A stretch of DNA of 64,000 bases from an uncultured Gammaproteobacteria bacterium (GCA_963729605.1 CAVSNY010000004.1:192001-256000), one strand, 5' to 3'. Numbered from the stretch's first letter, positions 32,154 to 42,469 are shown. Made by a program: numbers and translations. Notes: generated by a model from the sequence alone, not told the origin.

Positions 32154-34172
32154 ATGGCGATCAACGTGGACGATGAGATACTGCAGGATTTCCTCGTCGA
32201 GGCGGGTGAGATTCTCGAATCGTTGAGTGAACAATTGATCGAACTCGAGAATCGGCCCACCGACAAGGATTTATTGAATTCCGTTTTCCGGGGTTTCCAT
32301 ACCGTCAAGGGCGGCGCGGGTTTTCTAGGCGTCACCGCCCTGGTGGATATCTGTCACCGTGCGGAAGACGTTTTCAATATTCTGCGTCAGGGTGAACGCA
32401 CCATAGACGCGGCCTTGATGGACGTTGTGTTAAAGGTGGTGGATATCGTCAATAACATGATGAAGCTGATCCGTTCCGGCGAAGAGCCCAAGCCGGTTGA
32501 TGCCGCCTTGCTGACCACCTTGGAAGCCTTCGCGAAACCGGCCAGCGCACCCGCGCCGGCAGCCGCCGTCAGTGAAGAAATTAAACCCCAAGAACCCACG
32601 CTCGATGAGATAGACCGGGAGTTTGAGGAGCTGTTGAATAAAATGGCGCCGCAAGGCCAGGTGGCGCCGGCCGCGGACGAGGACCGGTCACCCGCCGCTT
32701 CGGAGCCGGCGGTGTCGGACGCGGATAAAAAGGAAATATCCGAAGAAGAGTTCGAGTCTTTACTCGATCAATTGCATGGCAAGGGAAAAAGTATCGGTCC
32801 GTCGGCCGCGATATTGCCGGCGAGCCCGCAACCCGCCGCCGTTCACCAATCGCATGTCCCTGAATCCTCAGCGACCAATAGCGCCGCGCCGATTCCTGAA
32901 AGAAGGGAGGATAAAAAACCGCTTGCCGCCGCTGTTCCTGCCATCGCGGACACGGCGGAAGTTGCTGCCAAGCCTCCGGCCAAGGAGGGGAGCCAACAAC
33001 AAATCGATCCGACGGTGCGGGTCGATACCAAACGTTTGGACGACATTATGAACTTGGTCGGCGAACTGGTGTTGGTCCGCAACCGCCTCGCCACGTTAAA
33101 GGCGAGTATGGACAACGAAGAGGTCTCGCAAGCGGTCGGCAATCTCGATGTGGTTACCTCGGACTTGCAATCCGCGGTGATGAAGACGCGGATGCAGCCT
33201 ATAAAAAAGGTGTTTGGCCGTTTCCCGCGGGTGGTGCGCGATTTGTCGCGGACTCTGAATAAAGAGATCAATCTGGAGTTGATCGGCGAAGAGACCGATT
33301 TGGATAAAAACCTGGTTGAGGCCTTGGCCGATCCTTTGGTGCACCTGGTCAGGAATTCCATCGATCACGGCGTCGAGGAACCCGCCGTCAGGGCCACTCT
33401 TGGTAAAAATAGGGTGGGGACTATCGTGTTGTCCGCCAGGCAGGAAGGCGACCATATTGTGCTCAGCATTAAAGACGACGGCGCCGGCATGAGCGCGGAC
33501 CGTTTGCGCCGAAAAGCGCTGGAAAAAGGCCTGATCGAGGAAGAAACCGCGGCGCGCTTGGATGATAAGGATTGTTACAATCTGATTTTTCTTCCGGGAT
33601 TTTCCACGAAAAACGAGATATCCGACGTGTCTGGCCGCGGCGTCGGCATGGACGTGGTCAAGACGAGAATTACCCAGCTCAATGGTAGCCTGGAGATTGA
33701 CTCAGAGGAAGGAAAAGGCACCGAAATTACCATCAAGCTGCCTTTGACGCTGGCCATCGTTCCTACCTTGATGGTGATGTTGGGCAGACAGATATTTGCG
33801 ATTCCGCTGGCCAATGTCAGAGAAATTATCCAGAAGGATTCGGTGAAGACCAATGTCGTGGAAGGGCGGGCGGTGGCGATCATCCGCGACCATCCGCTGC
33901 CGTTGTTTCATCTCGGCCGCTGGCTGGTCAGGGCGGGCTGGACGGAACAGGGCAGCCCCAACAGCTACATCGTGGTCGTGAAATTCGGCACTAGTCAGAT
34001 CGCCTGCATAGTCGATCATCTGATGACGCAAGAGGAGGTCGTGATTAAACCGCTCGGCGCATTGCTGCAAGGCATTCCGGGTTTGGCGGGCGCGACCATT
34101 ACCGGCGATGGAAGAATAGCCTTGATTTTGGATATGCCGGGTCTAATGGCGGCCTATGCGGGCAAGAGGTAA
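32154..34172 (+). CDS. cheA: Chemotaxis histidine kinase CheA
   Basis: Hpt FRGFHTVKGG, HLVRNSIDHG, SGRGVGMDVV, C-terminal CheW domain. Confidence 0.97.
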   Translation: MAINVDDEILQDFLVEAGEILESLSEQLIELENRPTDKDLLNSVFRGFHTVKGGAGFLGVTALVDICHRAEDVFNILRQGERTIDAALMDVVLKVVDIVNNMMKLIRSGEEPKPVDAALLTTLEAFAKPASAPAPAAAVSEEIKPQEPTLDEIDREFEELLNKMAPQGQVAPAADEDRSPAASEPAVSDADKKEISEEEFESLLDQLHGKGKSIGPSAAILPASPQPAAVHQSHVPESSATNSAAPIPERREDKKPLAAAVPAIADTAEVAAKPPAKEGSQQQIDPTVRVDTKRLDDIMNLVGELVLVRNRLATLKASMDNEEVSQAVGNLDVVTSDLQSAVMKTRMQPIKKVFGRFPRVVRDLSRTLNKEINLELIGEETDLDKNLVEALADPLVHLVRNSIDHGVEEPAVRATLGKNRVGTIVLSARQEGDHIVLSIKDDGAGMSADRLRRKALEKGLIEEETAARLDDKDCYNLIFLPGFSTKNEISDVSGRGVGMDVVKTRITQLNGSLEIDSEEGKGTEITIKLPLTLAIVPTLMVMLGRQIFAIPLANVREIIQKDSVKTNVVEGRAVAIIRDHPLPLFHLGRWLVRAGWTEQGSPNSYIVVVKFGTSQIACIVDHLMTQEEVVIKPLGALLQGIPGLAGATITGDGRIALILDMPGLMAAYAGKR

Positions 34173-34180
34173 TCAGGCTT

Positions 34181-35233
34181 ATGCAACTGCGGGTCTTGGT
34201 GGTCGATGACTCTCGTTTTTACCGAAACCGTGTCGCCGAAATGTTGGCCGTCGATGGGGAACTGCAGGTCATCGATATGGCTGAAAACGGCGCGGAGGCC
34301 GTTAAGAAAGTTTTAACACTGAGACCGGATGTGGTCACCATGGACATTGAGATGCCGATAATGGACGGGATTTCGGCGGTGAGAGAGATAATGAAGGCGC
34401 GGCCCACTCCTATTTTGATGTTCTCATCCTTGACCACCGAGGGTGCCCAGGCGACACTCGCCGCCTTGGAGGCGGGCGCCCTGGATTTTTTGCCGAAGCG
34501 TTTCGAGGACATCGCCCGCGATAAAGGTGAAGTCGCCCGCGAGTTGTGCCGCCGCTTGAAAATGTTGGGGCGTAAGCGCTTGGGATTTCCCAGAGTCGCG
34601 CCGGCCATGCCCGCGGCGAAAGCATCGGCGCCGACCGCGCATGTTTCGGCCGGCGGCGCATTGAGAAATTGCCGATTGTTGTTGATCGGCGCATCCACCG
34701 GCGGCCCCGCGGCCTTGCAAACTATTTTGTGTTCCCTGCCTGAAAATTTCGCGGTCCCTATCGTGGTCATACAGCACATGCCGTCGGCCTTCACCGGTCC
34801 GTTCGCCACGCGTTTGAATTCATTGTGCAGGGTGCAAGTCGATGAAGCGAAAGACGGCGATCTGCTGAAGCCGGGCCGGGTGTTGATCGCGCCGGGCGGA
34901 AAACAGTTGGAATTGCACGGCGCCGGCGCCGGGTTTAAGGCGGTGATCAGGGAGAGTAAGGCCGAGGAACAGTACAAGCCGTCGGTGGATGTGGGGTTTA
35001 ATTCGGCCGCCGCGGTGATCGGCAAAGGCGTGTTGGCCATTGTACTGACCGGCATGGGCGCGGATGGAAAAAAGGGTGCCGCATCGTTGAAATCGCAGGG
35101 ATCGTCGGTATGGGCGCAGGATGAAGAAAGCTGTGTCGTATACGGGATGCCGCAGGCGGTGGTCGATGCCGGTTTGGCCGATAGAGTGTTATCTCTTCCG
35201 GAGATTGCTGCAACGCTGGCGCACGGAACTTAA
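34181..35233 (+). CDS. cheB: Chemotaxis methylesterase CheB
   Basis: REC + IGASTGG, QHMP, LTGMGADG. Confidence 0.96.
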   Translation: MQLRVLVVDDSRFYRNRVAEMLAVDGELQVIDMAENGAEAVKKVLTLRPDVVTMDIEMPIMDGISAVREIMKARPTPILMFSSLTTEGAQATLAALEAGALDFLPKRFEDIARDKGEVARELCRRLKMLGRKRLGFPRVAPAMPAAKASAPTAHVSAGGALRNCRLLLIGASTGGPAALQTILCSLPENFAVPIVVIQHMPSAFTGPFATRLNSLCRVQVDEAKDGDLLKPGRVLIAPGGKQLELHGAGAGFKAVIRESKAEEQYKPSVDVGFNSAAAVIGKGVLAIVLTGMGADGKKGAASLKSQGSSVWAQDEESCVVYGMPQAVVDAGLADRVLSLPEIAATLAHGT

Positions 35234-35236
35234 GCC

Positions 35237-35977
35237 ATGGATGTGCTCACCATAGTCGGGATGGTATTGGCGCTGGGAGCGATCATCGGCGGCAATATCA
35301 TGGAAGGCGGTCATACCAGCTCCCTCATACAGCTAACCGCGTTTATCATCGTCATGGGCGGGACCATCGGCGCGATCATGGTGCAGACGCCGTTGCCTAC
35401 GTTCGTCAAGTCCCTGAAGATGATCATGTGGACGGTTTTTCCGCCGAAATTGGCGCAAGCCGAAGCCATCGAGAAAATCGTCAACTGGAGCAATATCGCG
35501 CGCAAAGAGGGTTTGCTGGGTCTGGAACCCTTGACCGAGAGCGAACCGGAGCTGTTCGCCAGAAAGGGTTTGCAGTTATTGGTGGACGGCAGCGAGCCGG
35601 AAACCATCCGCAGCATACTCGAAGTCGAACTCGAGTCCATAGAACATGCCGATACCGAGTGCGCCAAGGTCTATGAAGGCATGGGCGGTTATTGTCCCAC
35701 CATCGGCATCATCGGCGCGGTGATGGGTTTGATTCACGTCATGAACAATCTGGCCGATCCGAGCAAGCTGGGTCCGGGTATCGCCGTGGCCTTTGTCGCG
35801 ACCATTTACGGCGTGGGGCTGGCCAACATCGTTTTTCTGCCGGTCGCCAGCAAGCTGAAGAGTAATATTCACAAGCAATCCAAGTTTCGGGAAATGATCA
35901 TCGAAGGGATCATCGCCATCGCCGAGGGTGAGAATCCGCGCAATATCGAGACCAAGCTGAAAGGGTATATGTTGTAG
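35237..35977 (+). CDS. motC: Flagellar stator A subunit (MotC-type)
   Basis: ARKEGLLGLE, PTIGIIGAVMGLI, AFVATIYG; position after cheB. Confidence 0.9.
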   Translation: MDVLTIVGMVLALGAIIGGNIMEGGHTSSLIQLTAFIIVMGGTIGAIMVQTPLPTFVKSLKMIMWTVFPPKLAQAEAIEKIVNWSNIARKEGLLGLEPLTESEPELFARKGLQLLVDGSEPETIRSILEVELESIEHADTECAKVYEGMGGYCPTIGIIGAVMGLIHVMNNLADPSKLGPGIAVAFVATIYGVGLANIVFLPVASKLKSNIHKQSKFREMIIEGIIAIAEGENPRNIETKLKGYML

Positions 35978-36032
35978 GGCGGATCGCTAAAACCGTCCAG
36001 GCCGATTCGCGCCGCCACATTTAGGATCATCC

Positions 36033-36986
36033 ATGGCGAGAAAAAAGAAACATGAGGAGCACGTAAACCATGAAAGGTGGCTGATATCGTACGCCGATTT
36101 CATCACGCTGCTTTTCGCGTTCTTCGTGGTGATGTACTCCGTATCTTCCGTGAACGAAGGTAAATTCCGCGTGTTGTCGGATGCCATGATCGCCGCGTTC
36201 CGCTCCTCAAATAAAAGTCTGGAACCCATTCAAGTCGGCACCGAGGCCAAGGCTCAAAAGCAGACCACGCTGGTGCCGCCGGTAGTGGCAAAACTCGGCA
36301 ACGCGCCGGAACAAATACCCGACATCGCCAGCAAGGATACCGGCGCTACCGCCCGTGACGGAGGTCAGCCGGAACAGAAGCAGGACGGCCAGGCTCAGGC
36401 CAGTAAAGATCAATCTCTTGCGAAGGCCGCCAGCCAGGAATTCGTCACCCGGATATCCGATAAAATTGAAAACGCGATGGCCAATCTCATCCAGCAGAAA
36501 CTGATCGCCGTGCGGCGCGGCGCGTTGTGGGTGGAAGTGGAAATCAATACCAGTATTTTATTCTCGAGCGGCAGCGCGCTACTCCAACGCGATGCCCTGC
36601 CGGTGCTCAAGGAACTGGCGAATATCCTCAATGAATTTCCTAATCCGGTGCGGGTGGAAGGTTTTACCGACAGCGTGCCGATCAATACCTTGGCCTTCCC
36701 GTCCAATTGGGAGTTGTCCGCGGCGCGGGCGGCGAGTGTGGTGCATCTATTCAGCAACGAAGGTCTTGAGCCCACCCGGATGGCGGCGATAGGTTTCGGG
36801 CAATTTCGCCCCGTCGCCGATAACTCCTCGCCGGAGGGACGCAACCGAAACCGGCGTGTGGTCATCATCATTTTGGAGAGCGTGCAGGCCGAACGCATCT
36901 TCAGCGCCCGCGAGCCGGAACCCGTCGCCGCGCAATCGGTGACGGAGACGCCGGCCGTTCCCGCGGCTGCGACCGGCGGGCAGTAA
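36033..36986 (+). CDS. motD: Flagellar stator B subunit (MotD-type)
   Basis: HERWLISYADFITLLFAFFVVMY TM; OmpA-like NWELSAARA..NRRV. Confidence 0.9.
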   Translation: MARKKKHEEHVNHERWLISYADFITLLFAFFVVMYSVSSVNEGKFRVLSDAMIAAFRSSNKSLEPIQVGTEAKAQKQTTLVPPVVAKLGNAPEQIPDIASKDTGATARDGGQPEQKQDGQAQASKDQSLAKAASQEFVTRISDKIENAMANLIQQKLIAVRRGALWVEVEINTSILFSSGSALLQRDALPVLKELANILNEFPNPVRVEGFTDSVPINTLAFPSNWELSAARAASVVHLFSNEGLEPTRMAAIGFGQFRPVADNSSPEGRNRNRRVVIIILESVQAERIFSAREPEPVAAQSVTETPAVPAAATGGQ

Positions 36987-37043
36987 AATATCTTCAACAG
37001 ACCCTAAGGCGCATGGTCAGCGCGGCAGCATGAGGGATCGGCG

Positions 37044-37847
37044 ATGCAAACTTGGATAGTGGCAAATCAAAAAGGCGGCGTGGGCAAGACCACGACGGTG
37101 GTGTCGGCGGCGGCGGCGCTGGCGCGGCGCGGCCAGCGCGTATTGATGATCGATCTCGATCCCCACGGTTCGCTCACCACCTATTTCGGCATGGACGAGA
37201 GCGGCATCAATGCCTCGGTGTATAACCTGTTTCAAGACGCCGGACCCCCCGTTGGATCGTTGATAAGCGCCACCCGTTTCGACAATTTATGGCTGATGCC
37301 TTCCTCGGCGGCCTTGGTTACCTTGGATCGCCAATTGGGCGCGCAGCTGGGTAAAGGCACCGTGCTGCGTCAGGCCCTGGCGAAAATTCGCGGTGGTTTC
37401 GATTATGTCCTGATCGATTGCGCCCCCACCCTGGGGATATTGATGGTCAATGCGCTCGCCGCCGGCGATTTGTTGGTGCTGCCGGTGCAAACCGAATTCC
37501 TGGCGTTGAAAGGCTTGGAGCGGATGCTGGTGACGCTGGCCATGGTCAATAAGGCGCGCGCTACGCCGATTCCCTTCATGATAGTCCCGACCCTGTTCGA
37601 CAGGCGCACCAAGGCCAGCCGTGACGCCTTGACCTATTTACAGGAAACACATGGCAAGGATTTATGGGAGTTGATCATCCCCGTGGATACCCAGTTCCGC
37701 GACGCCAGCAAGGCGGGTATTCCGCTGCCGCTCTTGCAGGCCGGCGCGCGCGGGGCCTTGGCTTACGAGAGCCTGGTCGACACGCTGATGGATATGATGG
37801 GTTCCCCCATCGCACGGACCGGCAAGGAGGTCACGACTTATGAATAA
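37044..37847 (+). CDS. ParA-family ATPase (chemoreceptor-array positioning, ParC-like)
   Basis: NQKGGVGKTT, DLDPHGSLT, PVQTEFLALKGLERM; within the che cluster. Confidence 0.9.
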   Translation: MQTWIVANQKGGVGKTTTVVSAAAALARRGQRVLMIDLDPHGSLTTYFGMDESGINASVYNLFQDAGPPVGSLISATRFDNLWLMPSSAALVTLDRQLGAQLGKGTVLRQALAKIRGGFDYVLIDCAPTLGILMVNALAAGDLLVLPVQTEFLALKGLERMLVTLAMVNKARATPIPFMIVPTLFDRRTKASRDALTYLQETHGKDLWELIIPVDTQFRDASKAGIPLPLLQAGARGALAYESLVDTLMDMMGSPIARTGKEVTTYE

Positions 37848-38445
37848 ACTCGAAGAGCAGCACAGTGCGCTGGAATCCTATCTCGTCGCCTTGCTGGCGG
37901 CGGATATCGCGGATATTGAGCCTGCCTCCATCGCGGATACTCAAGGCGTTCCCGCGCATCCGGCGATCGTGGCGGAGAACCCGGGCGAAACGGCGGCCGC
38001 GCCGGAGGGAGGGCAATTGACTTTCATGAGCTTTCAAGTCGGCGGTCTGAAGTTTGCCCTGGACACCGCGCAGGTGAAGACGGTCATTCCGTTTCCCGCC
38101 CACGGCGTGGAGTACGAAAACGCGCGGCCCGTGCGCCTGGCCGCAGCGGGCCGCCAGTCGCCGCTGGATATCGTCGATACTCGGCGGCGGGTATTTCCCG
38201 AAGGCCATCCCGCGCACCATGACACCCGTCCTTACGGCTTTTTGATTTTACTCGGCACGGATACGTTCGCCTTGGCCTGTGATGATATCGAGCAGGTGGT
38301 GCGGGTCGCCTCCCATCAAGTGCTGTGGCGGCGGGAGCGCGGTAGCCGGCCTTGGTTGGCGGGCATGCTCAACGATCCCAAATGCGCCGTGTTGGATGTG
38401 AAGGAATGGCGCAAAAGCGCGCGCGCCGAGGCGCCCCGGCATTGA
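37840..38445 (+). CDS. Divergent CheW-like protein (ParP-like)
   Basis: ALESYLVALL N-terminus, FQVGGLKFAL, VLWRRERGSRPWLAGM; follows parA. Confidence 0.8.
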   Translation: MNKLEEQHSALESYLVALLAADIADIEPASIADTQGVPAHPAIVAENPGETAAAPEGGQLTFMSFQVGGLKFALDTAQVKTVIPFPAHGVEYENARPVRLAAAGRQSPLDIVDTRRRVFPEGHPAHHDTRPYGFLILLGTDTFALACDDIEQVVRVASHQVLWRRERGSRPWLAGMLNDPKCAVLDVKEWRKSARAEAPRH

Positions 38446-38459
38446 AATAGGCGGGAAGT

Positions 38460-38474
38460 TGGCAGAGATCGTGC
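38460..38474 (+). promoter_or_regulatory. Possible sigma54 promoter of cheW
   Basis: TGGCAGAGATCGTGC, correct spacing but imperfect -12. Confidence 0.4.
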
Positions 38475-38539
38475 ATTTATCAACAATAGTCCAGGTTGCG
38501 TCAGAGGACTGACGGATACCCCACAGAGGAGCGGCATTC

Positions 38540-38989
38540 ATGCGCCAAGTTGAAAGAGCGGTTGATACATCGGTTTCTCAGTGGGTGACATTCCAGTTGG
38601 GGGACGAGACTTACGGCATCGATGTGTTGCAAGTGCAGGAAGTGCTGCGCGTGACGGAAATTTCCCCCGTGCCCGGCGCGCCTTCGTTTGTGCTGGGCAT
38701 CATTAATTTGCGCGGAAACGTAGTAACCGTATTGGACGGCCGCCATCGCTTCGGCCTGCCCCCCAAGGAGCCGGATGAGGCCTCGCGGATTATCGTGGTG
38801 GATGCCTTCGAGAAAGTGATAGGTCTGCTGGTGGACAGTGTCTCCGAAGTGGCTTACGTAAAAAAAGAACAAATCGAAATGCCGCCTTCGGTAGGTACCG
38901 ACGATAATCATAAATTGATTTCAGGCGTATGTAATCGCGACGGCGAGCTGCTGATCATGGTGGATCTCGCTAAGATGCTGGAGACTTAA
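38540..38989 (+). CDS. cheW: Chemotaxis coupling protein CheW
   Basis: QWVTFQL..YGIDVLQVQEV, LGIINLRGNVV. Confidence 0.96.
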   Translation: MRQVERAVDTSVSQWVTFQLGDETYGIDVLQVQEVLRVTEISPVPGAPSFVLGIINLRGNVVTVLDGRHRFGLPPKEPDEASRIIVVDAFEKVIGLLVDSVSEVAYVKKEQIEMPPSVGTDDNHKLISGVCNRDGELLIMVDLAKMLET

Positions 38990-39140
38990 GGGACCTCTGA
39001 TTTTATTCAGCGGTTCCTGCGGCACACGGAGGTACCGCCATTTTCAATGGTCTTAGTCATTGAAAATGGAGGGCGGCGAAAATCAGCATTTTCGCCGCGC
39101 GTGCTCTGAAAATTCCAGGATGGAATTATTCAGAGCCTCC
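38990..39140 (+). mobile_element. Repeat family A copy 1: ~150-bp MITE-like element
   Basis: Flanked by TTAA on both sides (the left one includes the cheW stop); imperfect TIRs gggacctctga / tcagagcctcc; homologs at 50699, 57436 and 61427. Confidence 0.8.
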
Positions 39141-39210
39141 TTAAAGTGCGGGGCGATCAGTCGTGCGGTTCTGATCAAAGGGCTGGGCACGGACATGGAG
39201 GGTCATCACC

Positions 39211-39375
39211 ATGGCGGCAATCGACGGAGTCAAACCACTCGGGCCTATCTGGCCCAAGCAGCCGTTACGACGGCCGGAGCGCAAGGACGAGCAGCAAGAG
39301 CGGCCGCGAGGCGGTGAGAAACCGCCCCCCGCGGAAGGGGATGAGCAGCCCCCTTCGATCGATGAATACATTTAG
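39211..39375 (+). CDS. Small hypothetical protein (54 aa), not in the ORF track
   Basis: GGAGG RBS; MAAIDGVKPLGPIWPKQPLRRPERKDEQQERPRGGEKPPPAEGDEQPPSIDEYI*; stop lies 6 nt before the next gene. Confidence 0.7.
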   Translation: MAAIDGVKPLGPIWPKQPLRRPERKDEQQERPRGGEKPPPAEGDEQPPSIDEYI

Positions 39376-39381
39376 AGTTGA

Positions 39382-39768
39382 ATGAATATGTTTGAGCTAC
39401 TGATCCAAATCGCCATCCTTGCCGCTATCCTCGGCTTATTTGCCGTGGAAATAGTCAGGATCGTGCGTTTTTCACGACGCGAGCGGCAATGGCAAGCTAC
39501 CGTACAAACTCTTCAGAAGGATGTCACCGCCCTTTGCGCCGGCGCGGTAAGTCTGGGTAAACATCTCTCGGCCATGGAACAGCGAGTCCGGCGTTTGCAT
39601 GAGCGGCAGGACCAGATAGAGTTGCGCGATCCGGATCAGCAGTCTTATGGGCATGCCATCCGGCTGGCGCAACGCGGTGCCGATGTGGATGAGTTGATTT
39701 CCAATTGCGGCCTGGCGCGCGGCGAAGCGGAATTGTTGTTGCGTCTCCATAGCGTAGAGAAACATTAA
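39382..39768 (+). CDS. DUF2802-family membrane-anchored protein
   Basis: N-terminal TM, coiled coil, YGHAIRLAQRGADVDELISNCGLARGEAELL. Confidence 0.88.
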   Translation: MNMFELLIQIAILAAILGLFAVEIVRIVRFSRRERQWQATVQTLQKDVTALCAGAVSLGKHLSAMEQRVRRLHERQDQIELRDPDQQSYGHAIRLAQRGADVDELISNCGLARGEAELLLRLHSVEKH

Positions 39769-39784
39769 ACATCCCGTCAGCGCG

Positions 39785-39920
39785 TTTGAATCTTGAAATT
39801 CCCCCGCGATTTGCCGAGGCTAAGCGGTACGCTCGAGGAGGGGAAGGTGTAACGAGGGGCACGATTCTCCCCTTCGAGCAAGCGCGGCGTTCACCCCGCG
39901 CGCGGTCAGACCAATTTAAT
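39785..39920 (+). repeat. Repeat family B copy 1
   Basis: tttgaatcttgaaattcccccgcg...aggggcacgattctcccctt..gcaagcgcgg shared with the 60972 and 57320 (reverse) copies. Confidence 0.7.
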
Positions 39921-40197
39921 AATCAAGTGCCTTTGAGATAGCGTCTAGCACTTATCTCAAATCGATTTTTAAACTCAGCGAGTACAATGGCTATTTTCCG
40001 CTAAGCGTCCACTTCCCGAAGTTAAACCACGTAAGGCACGCCTGGCCCGTTCAACACTAAAAATCGCAGTACATTCCCCCCGCCGCGGACGGGCGAGAGC
40101 GTTAAGAACGGCGCCTCAGTGCGGGATGGAATTTTTTTCCAAATTTAGAGATATTTTTTATTCTAAAAAGCGCGGCGATGCGTTTTTGAGATGGCTT

Positions 40198-42054
40198 CTA
40201 ATAATCTAATGTGGGTTCGGTGAATTCGGGTTGCGGCTTACCGATGTAGTAGCCTTGTGCGTAATCCGCGCCCCAATCACGCAACATCTCTAAAGTGGCG
40301 CGATCCTCCACGAATTCGGCCACGGTTTTCTTGCCCAAGGTGCGGGCGATATCGATCATGGAACGAACCAGGGATTGATCCACGGTGTCCTTGGCCAGAT
40401 TGCGGATGAAGCTGCCGTCGATCTTGATGTAATCCACCGGGAACTCGCGGAGATGGCGGAATGAATTGAAGCCGGCGCCGAAATCGTCCAAGGCGAACAT
40501 GCAACCGAGCTCGCGCAGCTTCATGATCATCTCCCGGGTCTGCTCGTAGTTGGCCACCGCCGCGGTTTCGGTGATTTCGAAGGTGATCCGTTCGGCCTTG
40601 ACCCCGGTTTTCTCCAGCTTCTCGCGCAACATCGGCAACAAGGCCTTATCTTGGAAGGCGTAGCTCGACAAGTTGATATTCATGGCGATGTGAGATTGAT
40701 GAGGGGGAAGATTCTGCAGGACGTCGATAGCCTGGTTTACCACCCAGAGGTCGATGTCGTGGATCAAACCCATATGCTCCGCCACCGGGATGAAATTAAT
40801 GGGCGTGATCAACTTGCCGTCGTCGCCGACCATGCGGATCAGCGATTCGTAGTGATTGGCCTGTTTATTTTTGATGTCGAGCACCGGCTGGAAGACCAGC
40901 TTGAATTTATTGTTGGCCAATGCGTCGCGGATGATCGGCACCCAATGGATGGCGCTGCGCAGGGTCACCATCGCCGTGTCTTCTTTATTGAAGAGATGAA
41001 CGATGTTGCGGCCGTTGGTCTTGGCGACATAACAGGCCTGATCGGCGCGGGCCAGAATCTCGCTGGCGCCGGTGACGTCGCCGGGCTGAATCAGCGCGAT
41101 GCCGATGCTGGCGCCGATGTGATAACAATGATTGTCGGTGCGGTAATAATAGGCGTCGAGTAATTTGCGCAAGCGTTCCGCGGTTTCGAGCACCGCCGCT
41201 TCCGTGGTGTTTTCGATCAGGATGGCGTATTCGTCGGCGCTGACCCGCGCCAGCAGATCGTTGAGGCCGATTTCCCGGCGCAATAGATTGGCGACTTCAA
41301 TCAGCAGGCAATCGCCGGTGATGTGGCCTTCGGCGTCGTTGATGACCTTGAAGTGGTCGAGATCGATGTAGAGCAGGGCGCTGAACCGCTGTTTTTTGCG
41401 GGAACGCAGCACCGCGATTTCCAATTGCTGTTCCAGGCGGCGGCGATTGAACAGACCGGTGAGATCGTCGTGATTCACCAAATGTTGCAGCCGCGTCTCC
41501 ATGATGCGGCGTTCGGCCAGTTCGGTTTCCAACTCCTGTTCGCGGGATTTGCGCAGGTCGCGTTCTTTTTTGAGGGCCAGCGACGACAGGATGCGCGGCA
41601 TCAGATCCACGCGGCGGATCGGTTTGAACATGATGTCGGTGGCGCCGGCGTCGAAACTTTCGCGGGCGACCTTTTCCTGCCAGGTGGCATTGGCGGTCAC
41701 CATGATGACCGGAATATCCGCCCATTCTTCGAAGGCGCGCATGGTACGGCACACTTCGTAGCCGTCCATTTCCGGCATCATGATATCCAGCAACACCGCG
41801 TCGATGGTGCTGATGTGATTGCGCATGTTTTCGCGCAGATGGGTCATCGCCTCTTTGCCGGACGCCGCGGTCAACACGCGGGTGAAGCCGCTCTTGGTCA
41901 GCATGGCCTTGAGCAAATCCACGTTGTCCGGCACATCATCGACGATCAGCACCGTCATCGAACGCAGTTCGTCGTAGTGCAAGGAACCGAGATGGGGTAA
42001 ACCGCCGAGTGTTAAATGGGGAGGGAGCGCTGACTTTTCCTGCCGTTCTGCCAT
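40198..42054 (-). CDS. REC-GGDEF(degenerate)-EAL c-di-GMP phosphodiesterase
   Basis: REC (IVDD, LDIMMP, FKP), GGDEF replaced by SADEY, ESL / DDFGAG / KIDGSF; start taken as MAERQ, downstream of a sigma28 promoter. Confidence 0.9.
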   Translation of the reverse strand: MAERQEKSALPPHLTLGGLPHLGSLHYDELRSMTVLIVDDVPDNVDLLKAMLTKSGFTRVLTAASGKEAMTHLRENMRNHISTIDAVLLDIMMPEMDGYEVCRTMRAFEEWADIPVIMVTANATWQEKVARESFDAGATDIMFKPIRRVDLMPRILSSLALKKERDLRKSREQELETELAERRIMETRLQHLVNHDDLTGLFNRRRLEQQLEIAVLRSRKKQRFSALLYIDLDHFKVINDAEGHITGDCLLIEVANLLRREIGLNDLLARVSADEYAILIENTTEAAVLETAERLRKLLDAYYYRTDNHCYHIGASIGIALIQPGDVTGASEILARADQACYVAKTNGRNIVHLFNKEDTAMVTLRSAIHWVPIIRDALANNKFKLVFQPVLDIKNKQANHYESLIRMVGDDGKLITPINFIPVAEHMGLIHDIDLWVVNQAIDVLQNLPPHQSHIAMNINLSSYAFQDKALLPMLREKLEKTGVKAERITFEITETAAVANYEQTREMIMKLRELGCMFALDDFGAGFNSFRHLREFPVDYIKIDGSFIRNLAKDTVDQSLVRSMIDIARTLGKKTVAEFVEDRATLEMLRDWGADYAQGYYIGKPQPEFTEPTLDY

Positions 42055-42160
42055 ACAGTGCCAAATCCCGAGTAATGAACTGCTATGCCGTTCGAAGAGG
42101 CCAAAAATGACGCATTTGGCTGGCCAATTTCGCTTCCTGCACGGACGGCGCGTAAAACAT

Positions 42161-42187
42161 CTATCGGCGCCCGCGATGGGTTCTTTA
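42161..42187 (-). promoter_or_regulatory. Sigma28 promoter of the REC-GGDEF-EAL gene
   Basis: Minus strand TAAAG-N14-GCCGATAG with canonical spacing; overlaps the stop of the upstream gene. Confidence 0.75.
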
Positions 42188-42469
42188 GGAACCGCGCGGT
42201 GGTGGGACCTTGCCGCTGAGAAAATAGGCGAACGCAATCACTTGAGCAACCGCCAGGTAGAGGTTTTCCGGAATCTCGTCTCCCAGTTCGAGGCGGGACA
42301 GCAATACCAGCAATTGAGGGTCGGTATGCAGCGGTATATTGTGTTCCGCGGCGACGGCGAGGATGTGTTTCGCCACTTCGCCGCTGCCCTTGGCCACCAC
42401 CCGCGGCGCGCCCTTGCCCTCGTAACGGAGCGCGACGGCTTTGGGCGGCGGCGTGGGTTTATCGTTCAT
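42185..42469 (-). CDS. Stand-alone FlhB C-terminal domain protein (EscU/YscU/HrcU family, FlhX-like)
   Basis: KAVALRY..APRVVAKG..EIPENLYLAVAQVIAF; no TM domain or NPTH; ATGA-coupled to the upstream gene. Confidence 0.9.
   Translation of the reverse strand: MNDKPTPPPKAVALRYEGKGAPRVVAKGSGEVAKHILAVAAEHNIPLHTDPQLLVLLSRLELGDEIPENLYLAVAQVIAFAYFLSGKVPPPRGS

Noticed and set aside
293-38911. Many long antisense or alternate-frame ORFs (e.g. 12198-13475, 13913-15406, 16880-18454)
   Set aside because: Shadows of well-recognised genes in GC-rich DNA; no motifs or RBS support
42055-42237. N-terminal extension of the REC-GGDEF-EAL ORF to 42237
   Set aside because: Overlaps the FlhB-like gene and lies upstream of or across the sigma28 promoter
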